A DNA stretch of 64,000 nucleotides from Acidobacteriota bacterium (GTDB taxonomy: Bacteria > Acidobacteriota > Terriglobia > Terriglobales > Acidobacteriaceae), in assembly GCA_013289765.1 (NCBI GenBank), contig JABCZI010000014.1, positions 14,415 through 78,414 of the forward strand, given 5' to 3'. Of this stretch, positions 25,650 to 35,573 are shown piece after piece. The notes under the pieces were generated by a model that was not told where the DNA came from, made no database searches, and worked only from the letters and a program-made list of their open reading frames with translations. Position 1 is the stretch's first letter. Each line of letters opens with the position of its first letter. A program made the position numbers and the translations under genes.

Positions 25650-27068
25650 ATGGCGGACTCTTATAACGGTGTGTCCGTGCCGTCCGACGGGAAGAAGATC
25701 GGCTACACTCGCGGGAAATACGAAGTCCCGGATAATCCGATCGTGCCTTTTATCGAAGGCGACGGAACCGGACGTGATATTTGGAAAGCATCCCGGCGCG
25801 TATTCGATGCAGCCGTGGAGAAAGCTTATAAGGGCAAGCGCCGTGTTGCTTGGTACGAAGTCTTCGCCGGGGAAAAGGCTAAAGCAAAGTTCGATAACTG
25901 GCTGCCCGATGAAACCATCGACGCCGTTCGCGAATTTCGGGTCGCCATCAAAGGTCCGCTCACCACGCCGGTGGGCGGCGGCATTCGGTCGCTCAATGTG
26001 GCGCTGCGTCAGATTCTCGATCTCTATTGCTGTGTCCGTCCCGTGAAGTACTACAAGGGCGTGCCTTCGCCTGTGAAGAATCCCGAGCGCATGGATGTCG
26101 TCATCTATCGCGAAAATACCGAAGACGTCTATGCGGGCATCGAGTGGGAGCAGGGAACTGCGGACTGTGCGAAATTAATCGAGTTCATCAATAAAGACAT
26201 GCTGAAGCGCGGAAAAAAACAGGTCCGGCTCGATTCCGGCGTGGGCATCAAACCGATCTCCGTTACCGGAACCAAGCGCCTGGTGCGAATGGCGATTCTT
26301 CACGCACTCGAGACTGGCCGCAAGACCGTGACGCTGGTGCACAAGGGCAACATTCAGAAGTTCACCGAAGGCGCATTCCGAAAGTGGGGATACGAACTTG
26401 CGACAGAAGAATTTCGAGACCAGGTGATTACCGAGCGCGAGAGTTGGATCATCGACAACAAAGATAAGAACCCGAACCTGACGGTGGCGCAAAATGCCGA
26501 ACTAGTCGAACCGGGGATGGAGTTCGCACCCCCAGCGTTTCGCCAAACGGTGGAACAGGAAGTGAAAGCGGTGCTCGACGGCATCTATGCTACCCACGGC
26601 AAAGGCCGGTGGAAGACAAAAATCATGATCAACGACCGCATTGCCGATTCCATCTTCCAGCAGGTAGTCACGCGAGCAGATGAATACTCCGTGCTGGCTT
26701 GCCCCAATCTGAACGGCGATTACATTTCGGATGCCTGCGCGGCGCAGGTCGGCGGCTTGGGCATCGCTCCCGGCGCAAATATTGGCGATGGCTACGCCAT
26801 CTTCGAAGCCACCCACGGAACCGCTCCAAAGTACGCTGACAAAGACGTGATCAATCCCGGGTCGGTGATGCTCTCGGGCGTAATGATGTTCCGCTTCATG
26901 GGATGGAATGAAGCCGCCGATATGATCGAGAGCGCGATGGAGCGGACCATCCTCCAGAAAAAAGTTACCTATGACTTCGAGCGCCTGATGGAAGGCGCCA
27001 CCAAAGTCAAAACCAGCCAGTTTGCCGACTCCATTGTCGAGAACATGGGTGCGGCGGTGCTCGTATAG
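25650..27068 (+). CDS. icd: NADP-dependent isocitrate dehydrogenase (homodimeric type, long variant)
   Basis: [50 protein letters not shown] and [10 protein letters not shown], collinear with E. coli Icd apart from one insertion. Confidence 0.93.
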   Translation: MADSYNGVSVPSDGKKIGYTRGKYEVPDNPIVPFIEGDGTGRDIWKASRRVFDAAVEKAYKGKRRVAWYEVFAGEKAKAKFDNWLPDETIDAVREFRVAIKGPLTTPVGGGIRSLNVALRQILDLYCCVRPVKYYKGVPSPVKNPERMDVVIYRENTEDVYAGIEWEQGTADCAKLIEFINKDMLKRGKKQVRLDSGVGIKPISVTGTKRLVRMAILHALETGRKTVTLVHKGNIQKFTEGAFRKWGYELATEEFRDQVITERESWIIDNKDKNPNLTVAQNAELVEPGMEFAPPAFRQTVEQEVKAVLDGIYATHGKGRWKTKIMINDRIADSIFQQVVTRADEYSVLACPNLNGDYISDACAAQVGGLGIAPGANIGDGYAIFEATHGTAPKYADKDVINPGSVMLSGVMMFRFMGWNEAADMIESAMERTILQKKVTYDFERLMEGATKVKTSQFADSIVENMGAAVLV

Positions 27069-27145
27069 GGATTGTGCGATCGAGTCATCGGGTAACTGTG
27101 CGATTGGAATTGTCAGATCGGATTCAAACTATGGCACGGTTTTGA

Positions 27146-28180
<1,035 letters not shown>

Positions 28181-28257
28181 AGTGAATCTCGGGGTTGCTT
28201 GATTGACTGTGATCGGCCAGGGCGCGAGTGACTGGGAAGGGCGCGAAAATCGGGATG

Positions 28258-28278
28258 GGCACGAGTTCTACTCGTGCC
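28258..28278 (+). terminator. Stem-loop downstream of mdh (possible terminator)
   Basis: Perfect 9-bp stem GGCACGAGT-tct-ACTCGTGCC, 78 nt after the mdh stop. No T-tract follows. Confidence 0.3.
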
Positions 28279-28410
28279 ACTGCGAGTCCCAATCGATGCC
28301 CGCTTAGCCGCTCAGGTTTCCGTCCTGAAGCCTCTCGGCTGTTTCATCCGAGGCGTGGTGGGTTCAAGCCTGGTTTAACAATAGTCACTGACCATGGTAC
28401 GACAAAGATA

Positions 28411-28651
28411 ATGAAAGAAGTCGCCATCTCCGAGTTCAAAGCCAAGTGCCTCAGCATCCTGGAAGAAGTCCGCAAGACGCGGAAGCCAATTCGTGTCACC
28501 CGTTTCGGTGAACCTGTGGCCGAAGTCGTCCCTTCGACCGGTGAAAAAAGTAAAGGAAGGAACTCGGAAGCATGGCTGGAAGTATGAAAATCGTCGGCGA
28601 TATCGTCGCCCCACCGGCAGCTTCGATGACTGGGACGCGTGGCGGGAATGA
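28411..28651 (+). pseudogene. Phd/YefM-type antitoxin, apparently disrupted by two 1-nt frameshifts
   Basis: Frame 1 reads MKEVAISEFKAKCLSILEEVRKTRKPIRVTRFGEPVAEVVP...EAWLEV*. The expected tail continues in another frame (SMKIVGDIVAP) and again in a third (FDDWDAWRE*). That last stop overlaps the toxin ATG (ATGA). Confidence 0.55.
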
Positions 28652-29038
28652 AACTGCTCCTGGACACCCACCTGGTTGTGGAGCCTTGGTGAACCTCATC
28701 GGCTCTTCAAGCGCGTAGCGAAGGAACTGGACGATCGACAAAATGAGCTGTGGCTTTCGCCGATCAGCATGTGGGAGGCGTTCCTGCTTTTCAGGAAGAA
28801 GCGCGTCCAGATATCGACTGATTTTGCGACTTGGCTTGCCACCAGCCTAAGCGTACTTCCTGTCATGGAGGCTCCGCTTACTTTTGAGGTTGCACGTACG
28901 CTGCTGACCGTTGGCTTGCCGCATGAAGATCCAGCCGATCTGTTTCTCGCGGCTACCGCTAAGGCGTTCGGGCTAACGCTCATAACCGCCGATCTTAACC
29001 TGACTAAAACCGAAGGCGTTTCTGTTCTCGCAAATTAG
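28648..29038 (+). pseudogene. PIN-domain (VapC-like) toxin, N-terminus out of frame
   Basis: ATG 28648 encodes MKLLLDTHLV, then runs into a stop. The rest (LWSLGEPHRL...LSPISMWEAFLL...LPHEDPADLFLAATAKAFGLTLITAD) is in the next frame from 28676. The catalytic Asp of LLDTH is therefore separated from the body. Confidence 0.6.
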
Positions 29039-29061
29039 CCTCCGAGTTCGTCCCTCCAGCC

Positions 29062-29943
29062 TCACTGCCACACATCCGTAATCGTCGTCACCGACGCCGA
29101 CTTGCCTGCATAAGGCAGCCCATAGATCGCTTCCAAAGTCCGCAGTACGCTGTAGTGGTTAATGTTCTCGCTGTACTTCCCAGGTTTGACCATCGGTCCC
29201 ACAAAAATGGTGGCAATCTGATTGGCCGTTGTCCCCTGATCTTCATCCCAGGTAACGATCAGAAGGCTGTTGTGCGTTTTCGCCCACGTCGCATAGGCCT
29301 GCAGATGAGTCTGTAGCCAGCTGTCGGCTTGCTGAATAGTTCCATCGTGCATGTCATCGAGCAAGTCGGGAACCACCCAGGAGATCGTCGGGAGGCTGCT
29401 GAAATTAGTTGGAAAACTGCTGAAAGGCTTGTTGTCCGCGGAAGGTGCGTTGGAAAAGTCCGTCCAAGGCGCGTGCTTGCGAGCATATTCCCCAGAGGTG
29501 CAAACTGTGGATCCCGTAGAGGGCAGCCCCTCTGCATATCCCGTGAACGTCTTCTTCGCCGCAATCAATTCGCTTCCTAAATTTGCCGCCGAGAAACTGT
29601 GTGGGCACGAGTCGTCAGTAATGCCTTGCGTCGATCCTGAAAACAGTGCCAGGTAATTGGGCTCGCTCGGATGCGTGATGGCATGCGAATTGGTGAATGA
29701 AGCTCCTTCGCTCGCCAAAGTGTTGATGTAGGGCGCTTGTGGCGATCCAATGATCTGCGAATACCCGTGATTTTCTTCGATAACTACTACCACATGCGCC
29801 GGAAGCGGCATGGCTGCCGGCCACGGGACTTCGGCCTCGCTTTCCGTTTGAGCCATGCTCAAGGACACTGCAGCAAAAGAAACTACCAGAAGGATGAAGC
29901 CTGCAAGTAGCGAGCCGTAAAAAGTGGACTTAAAGTAAGGCAT
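29062..29943 (-). CDS. Secreted phosphoesterase-family protein (AcpA / phospholipase C-like acid phosphatase)
   Basis: Signal peptide. VVVVIEENHGYSQIIG, HPSEPNYLALFSG and LLIVTWDEDQG. Start moved to ATG 29943. Confidence 0.8.
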   Translation of the reverse strand: MPYFKSTFYGSLLAGFILLVVSFAAVSLSMAQTESEAEVPWPAAMPLPAHVVVVIEENHGYSQIIGSPQAPYINTLASEGASFTNSHAITHPSEPNYLALFSGSTQGITDDSCPHSFSAANLGSELIAAKKTFTGYAEGLPSTGSTVCTSGEYARKHAPWTDFSNAPSADNKPFSSFPTNFSSLPTISWVVPDLLDDMHDGTIQQADSWLQTHLQAYATWAKTHNSLLIVTWDEDQGTTANQIATIFVGPMVKPGKYSENINHYSVLRTLEAIYGLPYAGKSASVTTITDVWQ

Positions 29944-30142
29944 GAAGTAATTCCTTTCCTGTGATTTTAGGCAGAAGGGCGCCGTGGTTACGGCGTTTCC
30001 CATCCGGATTTGCTCAGGCGAGGGGCGCTACAATTTGAATCGGTAACTTCATATTACCATCGCATCCGATTGATTCTCAACCGGGGTTCGAGATGGTAAC
30101 GGCTATATGGATTGAGCATCTCTATCAGAGTTAGAATCAGAA

Positions 30143-30670
30143 TCAGACGCGCTCGATCGTGACCGTCTTGACCACGACATCTTTGTTCGGCTTGTCCTGC
30201 CGGCTGCGCGGGACTTCAGAAATTTTCTTTACTACGTCCTGCCCTTCGATCACTTCGCCGAAAATTGTGTGCTTTCCGGTGAGCCATGTCGTGGGCGCCA
30301 CCGTGATGAAGAATTGCGATCCGTTGGTATTGGGGCCGGCATTCGCCATGGCGAGTTTCCCCGCCTTATCGAGCTTGTGCGGCGATCCTTTGGTTTCATC
30401 TTCGAACTGGTAGCCGGGACCACCCATTCCAGTCCCCTGCGGATCCCCACCTTGAATCATGAAGTCCGGAATCACCCGATGAAAAATCGTTCCATCGTAG
30501 AGTTTGTCCTGCGATTTTTTTCGTGTCGAAGGATGCGTCCACTCGCGCTTACCCTGTGCGAGTTCTACAAAATTGGCTACAGTTTTGGGCGCGTCTTTGT
30601 CAAAAAGGCGGCAGACGATGTTGCCTTCGCTGGTTTCGAATGTGGCGTAGAGTCCGGGTTGGCGGGTCAT
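30143..30670 (-). CDS. Peptidyl-prolyl cis-trans isomerase, cyclophilin type (cytoplasmic)
   Basis: YDGTIFHRVIPDFMIQGGDPQGTGMGGPGY and MANAGPNTNGSQFFIT. Confidence 0.92.
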   Translation of the reverse strand: MTRQPGLYATFETSEGNIVCRLFDKDAPKTVANFVELAQGKREWTHPSTRKKSQDKLYDGTIFHRVIPDFMIQGGDPQGTGMGGPGYQFEDETKGSPHKLDKAGKLAMANAGPNTNGSQFFITVAPTTWLTGKHTIFGEVIEGQDVVKKISEVPRSRQDKPNKDVVVKTVTIERV

Positions 30671-30776
30671 GGAATCCTTTCAGAAGTCTCGTTCGTCGAT
30701 GGTCGTGTTTCATTCGTGATCTTGCTGCGAATCAGTTAGCTAGCCGGACAGCGAGGCTGTCTTCCATGATTCGTTG

Positions 30777-31511
30777 TTAGTTAGATGGCGCTTTCGGAGC
30801 GGCGGCTGCCGGCTTCCTCGCTGGCGTCGCCGATTTGACTGCTGGCGTCGCGGAACCAGCGCGCTCAATCTTGATATGAGTAATCTTCACAGGGCGAAAC
30901 GGGCGGTCGTTCCTTGGATCGGTGGCCATACTTGCAATCTGCTTGACCAGTGTAACCGAGGCATCGTCGCACTGCCCGAAGATCGTGTAACTGCCGCTAA
31001 GATGCTGACTGTGAGCGACATCTTCAGTGATGAAAAACTGCGAGCCGTTGGTATCGGGCCCGGAGTTGGCATAAGCGAGCCGGCCGGGCCGGTCAAACCG
31101 TAAATCCGAGGAAACCTCGTTCTTGAATTTATATCCGGGATCTCCCGTACCATCGCCCTTCGGATCGCCGCCCTGGATCATGAAGCCGGGAATCACGCGA
31201 TGGAAAATGGTCCCATCGTATAGGGGCACCCCATGCTTTTTCGCGCCGCTGGCTGGATTTGTCCAGTCTTTTTTCCCAGTCGCAAGCCCGATGAAATTTT
31301 CCACGCCAATGGGTGCCTTGTCGGGAAAGAGAATACAAGTCATCTTGCCCACTGTGGTCTCGATGATCGCCGTAGGTTGTCCTGTCGCCGCATGGGTCGG
31401 TGCCTGATGGACGGGCGTCTTCGCCGCCGGCGCAGCCTGCGTGCTCGACTGCCCCAACGCTGAAATCACACCCGCAACAAGTAAAACCAAGAGGAAAAAA
31501 ACATCCCGCAT
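30777..31511 (-). CDS. Peptidyl-prolyl cis-trans isomerase, cyclophilin type (secreted, Ala/Pro-rich C-terminal tail)
   Basis: AAGGAG SD 7 nt before ATG 31511. Signal peptide MRDVFFLLVLLVAGVISALG. YDGTIFHRVIPGFMIQGGDPKG and NSGPDTNGSQFFIT. Confidence 0.9.
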   Translation of the reverse strand: MRDVFFLLVLLVAGVISALGQSSTQAAPAAKTPVHQAPTHAATGQPTAIIETTVGKMTCILFPDKAPIGVENFIGLATGKKDWTNPASGAKKHGVPLYDGTIFHRVIPGFMIQGGDPKGDGTGDPGYKFKNEVSSDLRFDRPGRLAYANSGPDTNGSQFFITEDVAHSQHLSGSYTIFGQCDDASVTLVKQIASMATDPRNDRPFRPVKITHIKIERAGSATPAVKSATPARKPAAAAPKAPSN

Positions 31512-31581
31512 GATTGCTCCTTTCATTCGGCTCGAATGAGCAATTTATCCGCAACGTTGCATTGTACGACAGACTCTGGCG

Positions 31582-32847
31582 TCAATGGGGCGGTTCAGAA
31601 GCCTGCATCTGCCGGCTGGCGGTCTCAACCTGGCTGAAGACGCGCAGCAGATTCCCGCCAAGAATCTTCCTGATGTCATCGGCGCTGTATCCGCGGTCGA
31701 GCAGTGCCTGCGTGATTTTAGGTAAATCGGCGGCGGAATCAATTCCTTGCGGAGTAGCGCCGCTCACTCCATCGAAGTCAGAGCCGAGGCCAACGTGATC
31801 CACTCCTGCGACTTTGGCGATGTGATCGATATGGTCGATGAGCGACTTCAGCGGCGGGCGCGGAATCTTCGCCATCCACTCGCGCTCCATGCGGTCGATT
31901 TCAATGTAGTTAGCCGGTTTACCCTGCGCCTTCAGCGAGTCGATATACTTCTGGATCGCGGCAGCCTGATCCTTACTCTGTGCTTCCATGGCTTTGCGAT
32001 AGTCCTCGTCGACGAATCCCGAGAAAAAGTTGACTTGCACCGTTCCGCCATTCTTCGCGACCGCCCGCAGCATGTCATCCGTCATATCACGGGGATGATT
32101 TACCAGCGCGCGTGCCGAAGAGTGCGATGCGATGATCGGCGCCTTCGTAATGGCGATCGTATCCCAGAAAGTTTTGTCCGAGACATGCGAGATGTCGACA
32201 ATCATGCCGAGCCGGTTCATCTCCAGCACGACCAGCTTGCCGAAATCCGTCAGCCCGTTGTGATGCTGAATCTTGGAATCGTTGATGTCCCCCGAAGAGT
32301 CCACCCACTCGTTGGTGTTCGACCACGAAAGCGTCATGTAACGTACGCCGAGGCGGTAGTAGTCGCGCAGAAGGTGCATGTCGTTCTCAATGGAATGTCC
32401 GCCCTCGATGCCCATCAGCGCGGCCAGTTTGTGCTCGCGGTGGGCGCGTTGAATATCAGCAGCGGAAAATGCCATCGTGATTTTGTCGGGATGTCGAGCC
32501 GCCTGCTCGTACACGGAGTCGATCAGATCAAAGGTATGTCGCGCGAAGTGGCCCTGGTTGGTTTCGGGATCTACCCAGATCGAGAAAAATTCAGCGCCCA
32601 GATTGCCGCGGCGAGCTTTCTCCAAACTCACATGACCGATGTCGTGAGGATCGGTCGACCCGATGTCGAAGCCTTCATCGAGAAAGCGCTGGGGTGTGTC
32701 CGCGTGCGTGTCGACGACGATAGCCGAATCGTCAATAGCGCGAGCCTCCGCACTAATCGGTTTATCCGAAGGATTCGACAATTGCGCAGCAGACGAAGCC
32801 CCGGCTAGCATTGAGCACGACAGCGCGAAAATTCGAAAGTGAGTCAT
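31582..32847 (-). CDS. Membrane dipeptidase (peptidase M19), secreted
   Basis: Signal peptide MTHFRIFALSCSMLAGASSAAQ. VVDTHADTP, LMGIEGGHSIE, DISHVSD and HVGLGSDFDG metal-ligand motifs. Confidence 0.88.
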   Translation of the reverse strand: MTHFRIFALSCSMLAGASSAAQLSNPSDKPISAEARAIDDSAIVVDTHADTPQRFLDEGFDIGSTDPHDIGHVSLEKARRGNLGAEFFSIWVDPETNQGHFARHTFDLIDSVYEQAARHPDKITMAFSAADIQRAHREHKLAALMGIEGGHSIENDMHLLRDYYRLGVRYMTLSWSNTNEWVDSSGDINDSKIQHHNGLTDFGKLVVLEMNRLGMIVDISHVSDKTFWDTIAITKAPIIASHSSARALVNHPRDMTDDMLRAVAKNGGTVQVNFFSGFVDEDYRKAMEAQSKDQAAAIQKYIDSLKAQGKPANYIEIDRMEREWMAKIPRPPLKSLIDHIDHIAKVAGVDHVGLGSDFDGVSGATPQGIDSAADLPKITQALLDRGYSADDIRKILGGNLLRVFSQVETASRQMQASEPPH

Positions 32848-32949
32848 AGGCTTTCTTTGCTGCCGGGAGTGAGCGAGCAAGTCACAGATTGTATAGGTCG
32901 AGACGCCAAGAAGAAAGCAAAGGCCGATAGTTCTGATTGACGGAAACGA

Positions 32950-33465
32950 TTAGCGAAGCGCCGCGAGCGCCAGCTCAACGCATTCCAGCAGCGGCTTCTC
33001 TGTATCAATGACGGCCTTGGGCGCCGTGATCGTTTCGAAGCAGGACTTCACATCCTGATAGAGCTGGAAATCGCGATTGCCGGCAGGGTGCGATCCCGCC
33101 GCCGACTGCTGTTCCAGACGTTGCCTGGCGGTATCTTCCGAACAGACGCATTCGACGATTCGCCACGGTTGGTGGAGCGAAGCGGCTGCGCTCACCACGT
33201 TATCAATCTGGTAGCGCCGCGAGAAAGTGCGGCCGTCGAGAAAGATAATGCGGCTACGTTGCCGCTGCAAGAGTTCGCCAGCTATCTCTGTCATGACGTG
33301 CAGACAGAAATCATCTTGCTGGGAGGAATATTCAATCTCGTCTGGCAAAAAAAGCTTGTGCCGTATCTCATCTTTGCTCAGCACTCGGCCGCCCAAGCGC
33401 CGGGCCAGCTCGCGAGCGAGCGTAGTCTTGCCGGTGCCAGGTAGGCCAGCCATGAGCACAATCAT
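32950..33465 (-). CDS. P-loop kinase-like ATPase (AAA_33 / zeta-toxin-like fold)
   Basis: MIVLMAGLPGTGKTTLAREL Walker A directly at the N-terminus. Start moved to ATG 33465. Confidence 0.75.
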   Translation of the reverse strand: MIVLMAGLPGTGKTTLARELARRLGGRVLSKDEIRHKLFLPDEIEYSSQQDDFCLHVMTEIAGELLQRQRSRIIFLDGRTFSRRYQIDNVVSAAASLHQPWRIVECVCSEDTARQRLEQQSAAGSHPAGNRDFQLYQDVKSCFETITAPKAVIDTEKPLLECVELALAALR

Positions 33466-33487
33466 GTCGAATGAAATTATACGAGGG

Positions 33488-34300
33488 CTAGTTCGCGGTA
33501 TCGGCGGCGGCCGTGACGGTAGTGGGTTCAGGCCGTTCCATTGGAACGATATCCTGCGTTTCGCGCCAGTCGGCGTAGCGGCCCGAAACCATAATGTGGA
33601 ATACCCACTGATGCCGCTCCTCTTCCGGTTCAACCAGGCCGAGGGCTTTCATGTAGAAGAGGTAGTGCTGCATCCAGTGAATCTGTTCCGGAGTCATGCC
33701 CCGCCGTTGCAGATCGACCGTAAGACCCGCGAGATGAGAGGAGGCGGTGTCGCCCTCCGCAGGCGCAGCATTGCGGTTGTGCCGGCGAAGTTTTTTCTGG
33801 ATCTTGACCGTACGCACCGCCGAGTTCACTTGAATCTGGTCATGGAAGCGGTGGTAGTAGGCTTGCGAGAGATCCTGCACGAAGTCGCGCGTCCAGGGAC
33901 GGCAGTAGCGCCGGGAAGGATCCAGGCGGGGATCGAAACGCAACGTCTCGCCCGCAATGATAGGCAGCAAAGCTCCGCTGAACTTCAACGCTTCCAACTC
34001 GTCGTCATCCTCGATACGAGGCAATTCCAGCCGGTCGACTTCCGCATTCTGTAACAAAAGCGATTCGTGCGAAGGCCTGAACATGGGATTCCAACGCCTC
34101 CAGTGCAACCGGTGCAGCCGGTGATGGGAAGCCTGGTGATGCGCGCTGGTCGTGGTCGCCCCAAAAAGCGGGCAGCACGCGCAAGCCAGCAACGAAATAA
34201 AAATCAGTAGGCGCTGTGATTTAAGTCGCAAAAATCGTTCTCGTAGTCTGCCGCAGAGGTTGCCTGCAACCGGTTCGGACATTCTAAGCCATGCTGTCAA
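33488..34300 (-). CDS. Secreted hypothetical protein, DUF5715 / M15-peptidase-like
   Basis: Signal-like LLIFISLLACACCPLFG. SAVRTVKIQKKLRRHNRNAAPAEGDTASSHLAGLTVDL resembles the DUF5715 core. The family call comes from memory of that motif only. Confidence 0.55.
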   Translation of the reverse strand: MTAWLRMSEPVAGNLCGRLRERFLRLKSQRLLIFISLLACACCPLFGATTTSAHHQASHHRLHRLHWRRWNPMFRPSHESLLLQNAEVDRLELPRIEDDDELEALKFSGALLPIIAGETLRFDPRLDPSRRYCRPWTRDFVQDLSQAYYHRFHDQIQVNSAVRTVKIQKKLRRHNRNAAPAEGDTASSHLAGLTVDLQRRGMTPEQIHWMQHYLFYMKALGLVEPEEERHQWVFHIMVSGRYADWRETQDIVPMERPEPTTVTAAADTAN

Positions 34301-34549
34301 GCAATCCTAAGACTGATTGTTTGGCTCACCGTTACGAGCGTCATCGGGATGAGGTGACCTTCCGGTGACCGATACGTTGGTTACCCTCTGGTTACTTCCC
34401 ACTCCGCAACGCGTTCTCTGTGAAATAGGAAGCACGCGTAACGCCATCTGCGCACCGCGATTACGGCGGACTCATGTCCTACCACTGCAAGCGCTTATCG
34501 AATGTTAGATACCGAACAGGGTTGGCAAGTTGCGCAGGAGTGACAGAAA

Positions 34550-35299
34550 TCAGCGCCGGAAAAGGTCACCTAAGGCTTGTTTCATGACCGCTCCGCTCAC
34601 CTCGGAAATAGAGCGGGTCAGAGGGATATCCTTGGGACAAACCTCCACGCAGTTTTGCGCGTAACCACATTCCTGGATGCCGCCATCCCCCATCAGCGCC
34701 GCTAGACGCTCGCGTTGCAGCGATTTGCCCGTGGGATGAGTGTTGAACAGACGCACTTGTGCAATCGTTGCCGCGCCCACGAAGCCTGTGTCTTCGTTGA
34801 ACTGAGGACAAGCCTCCATGCAGCAGCAGCAGGAGATGCAGCGCGAAATAGGGTAGGCCTGCTCCTGCTGTTCCGGCGACACGCGCGGACCCGGACCGAG
34901 ATCATAAGTGCCGTCGATCGGAACCCAGGCCTTTACCGCTTTGAGGTTCTCGAAGATTACGCTGCGGTCCGTGGCCAGATCGCGCACGACAGGAAACTTT
35001 GAAAAGGGTTCGAGCCGCACCGGTTGCTCAAGATTGTCGATGAGCGCCGAACAAGCCATGCGAGCTTTTCCATTGACCAGCATGGCGCACGACCCGCAAA
35101 CTTCTTCCAGGCAATTCGAGTCATAAGTGATGGGCGTGGTCGCCTTGCCATCGCGGGTGACGGGGTTGGCGGCAATCTCCATCAACGAAGAGATCACGTT
35201 CATGCCCGGATGCCAGGCAAGTTCAAACTCCTCCCAATAGGATTTGGAAGTGGGATTGTTCTGGCGCTTGATCTTGATGACGACGGATTTATTAGCCAT
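34550..35299 (-). CDS. sdhB: Succinate dehydrogenase/fumarate reductase iron-sulfur subunit
   Basis: Cys clusters CLEEVCGSCAM, CISCCCCMEACP and CVEVCP. Confidence 0.93.
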   Translation of the reverse strand: MANKSVVIKIKRQNNPTSKSYWEEFELAWHPGMNVISSLMEIAANPVTRDGKATTPITYDSNCLEEVCGSCAMLVNGKARMACSALIDNLEQPVRLEPFSKFPVVRDLATDRSVIFENLKAVKAWVPIDGTYDLGPGPRVSPEQQEQAYPISRCISCCCCMEACPQFNEDTGFVGAATIAQVRLFNTHPTGKSLQRERLAALMGDGGIQECGYAQNCVEVCPKDIPLTRSISEVSGAVMKQALGDLFRR

Positions 35300-35416
35300 T
35301 AGCTCTCAGCCTTTAATTCTTAGCCCACGATCGCTTGCGCAGCATGACAAGCATTACATCTTGGTTGTATTCGTATCCTGTTTGCCGCCATCCCGTGGCA
35401 GTTCGCAACTGCTGCC

Positions 35417-35572
35417 TCACGTCGGAGCAAAAAGTCCGTACGCGACAATCGCCGCTCCCAATGCTACGAGCATCCACTGGTGCTCGTGGACACCTTTGCC
35501 CGCTACGTACACGCCGAAAATCGCAACCAGCCATCGGCGAACTTTGCCGAAGGCAATGATTCCCGCTTCCAA
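35417..35572 (-). CDS. Possible 51-aa two-helix membrane peptide in the sdhA-sdhB spacer
   Basis: My own translation: TTG 1 nt after the sdhA stop gives LEAGIIAFGKVRRWLVAIFGVYVAGKGVHEHQWMLVALGAAIVAYGLFAPT*. It is below the 60-aa ORF-track cutoff and I recognise no homology. Confidence 0.25.
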   Translation of the reverse strand: MEAGIIAFGKVRRWLVAIFGVYVAGKGVHEHQWMLVALGAAIVAYGLFAPT

Positions 35573-35573
35573 C

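Noticed and set aside
28340-28380. tRNA-like T-arm string GGTGGGTTCAAGCCTGG
   Set aside because: The flanks do not form a T-stem (GTGGG does not pair with CTGGT), and no acceptor, anticodon or D arms can be drawn. I found no tRNA or rRNA genes in the window.
31747-32808. 353-aa ORF antisense to the M19 dipeptidase. Similar long antisense ORFs occur at 1491..2216, 3263..4132, 9905..10732, 16510..17187, 33227..34054, 35244..35963, 36174..36953, 46422..47222 and 58040..58618.
   Set aside because: These are typical shadow ORFs of GC-rich coding regions. Their composition is Arg/His/Val-rich, they have no recognisable motifs, and each lies fully opposite a gene with strong family signatures.
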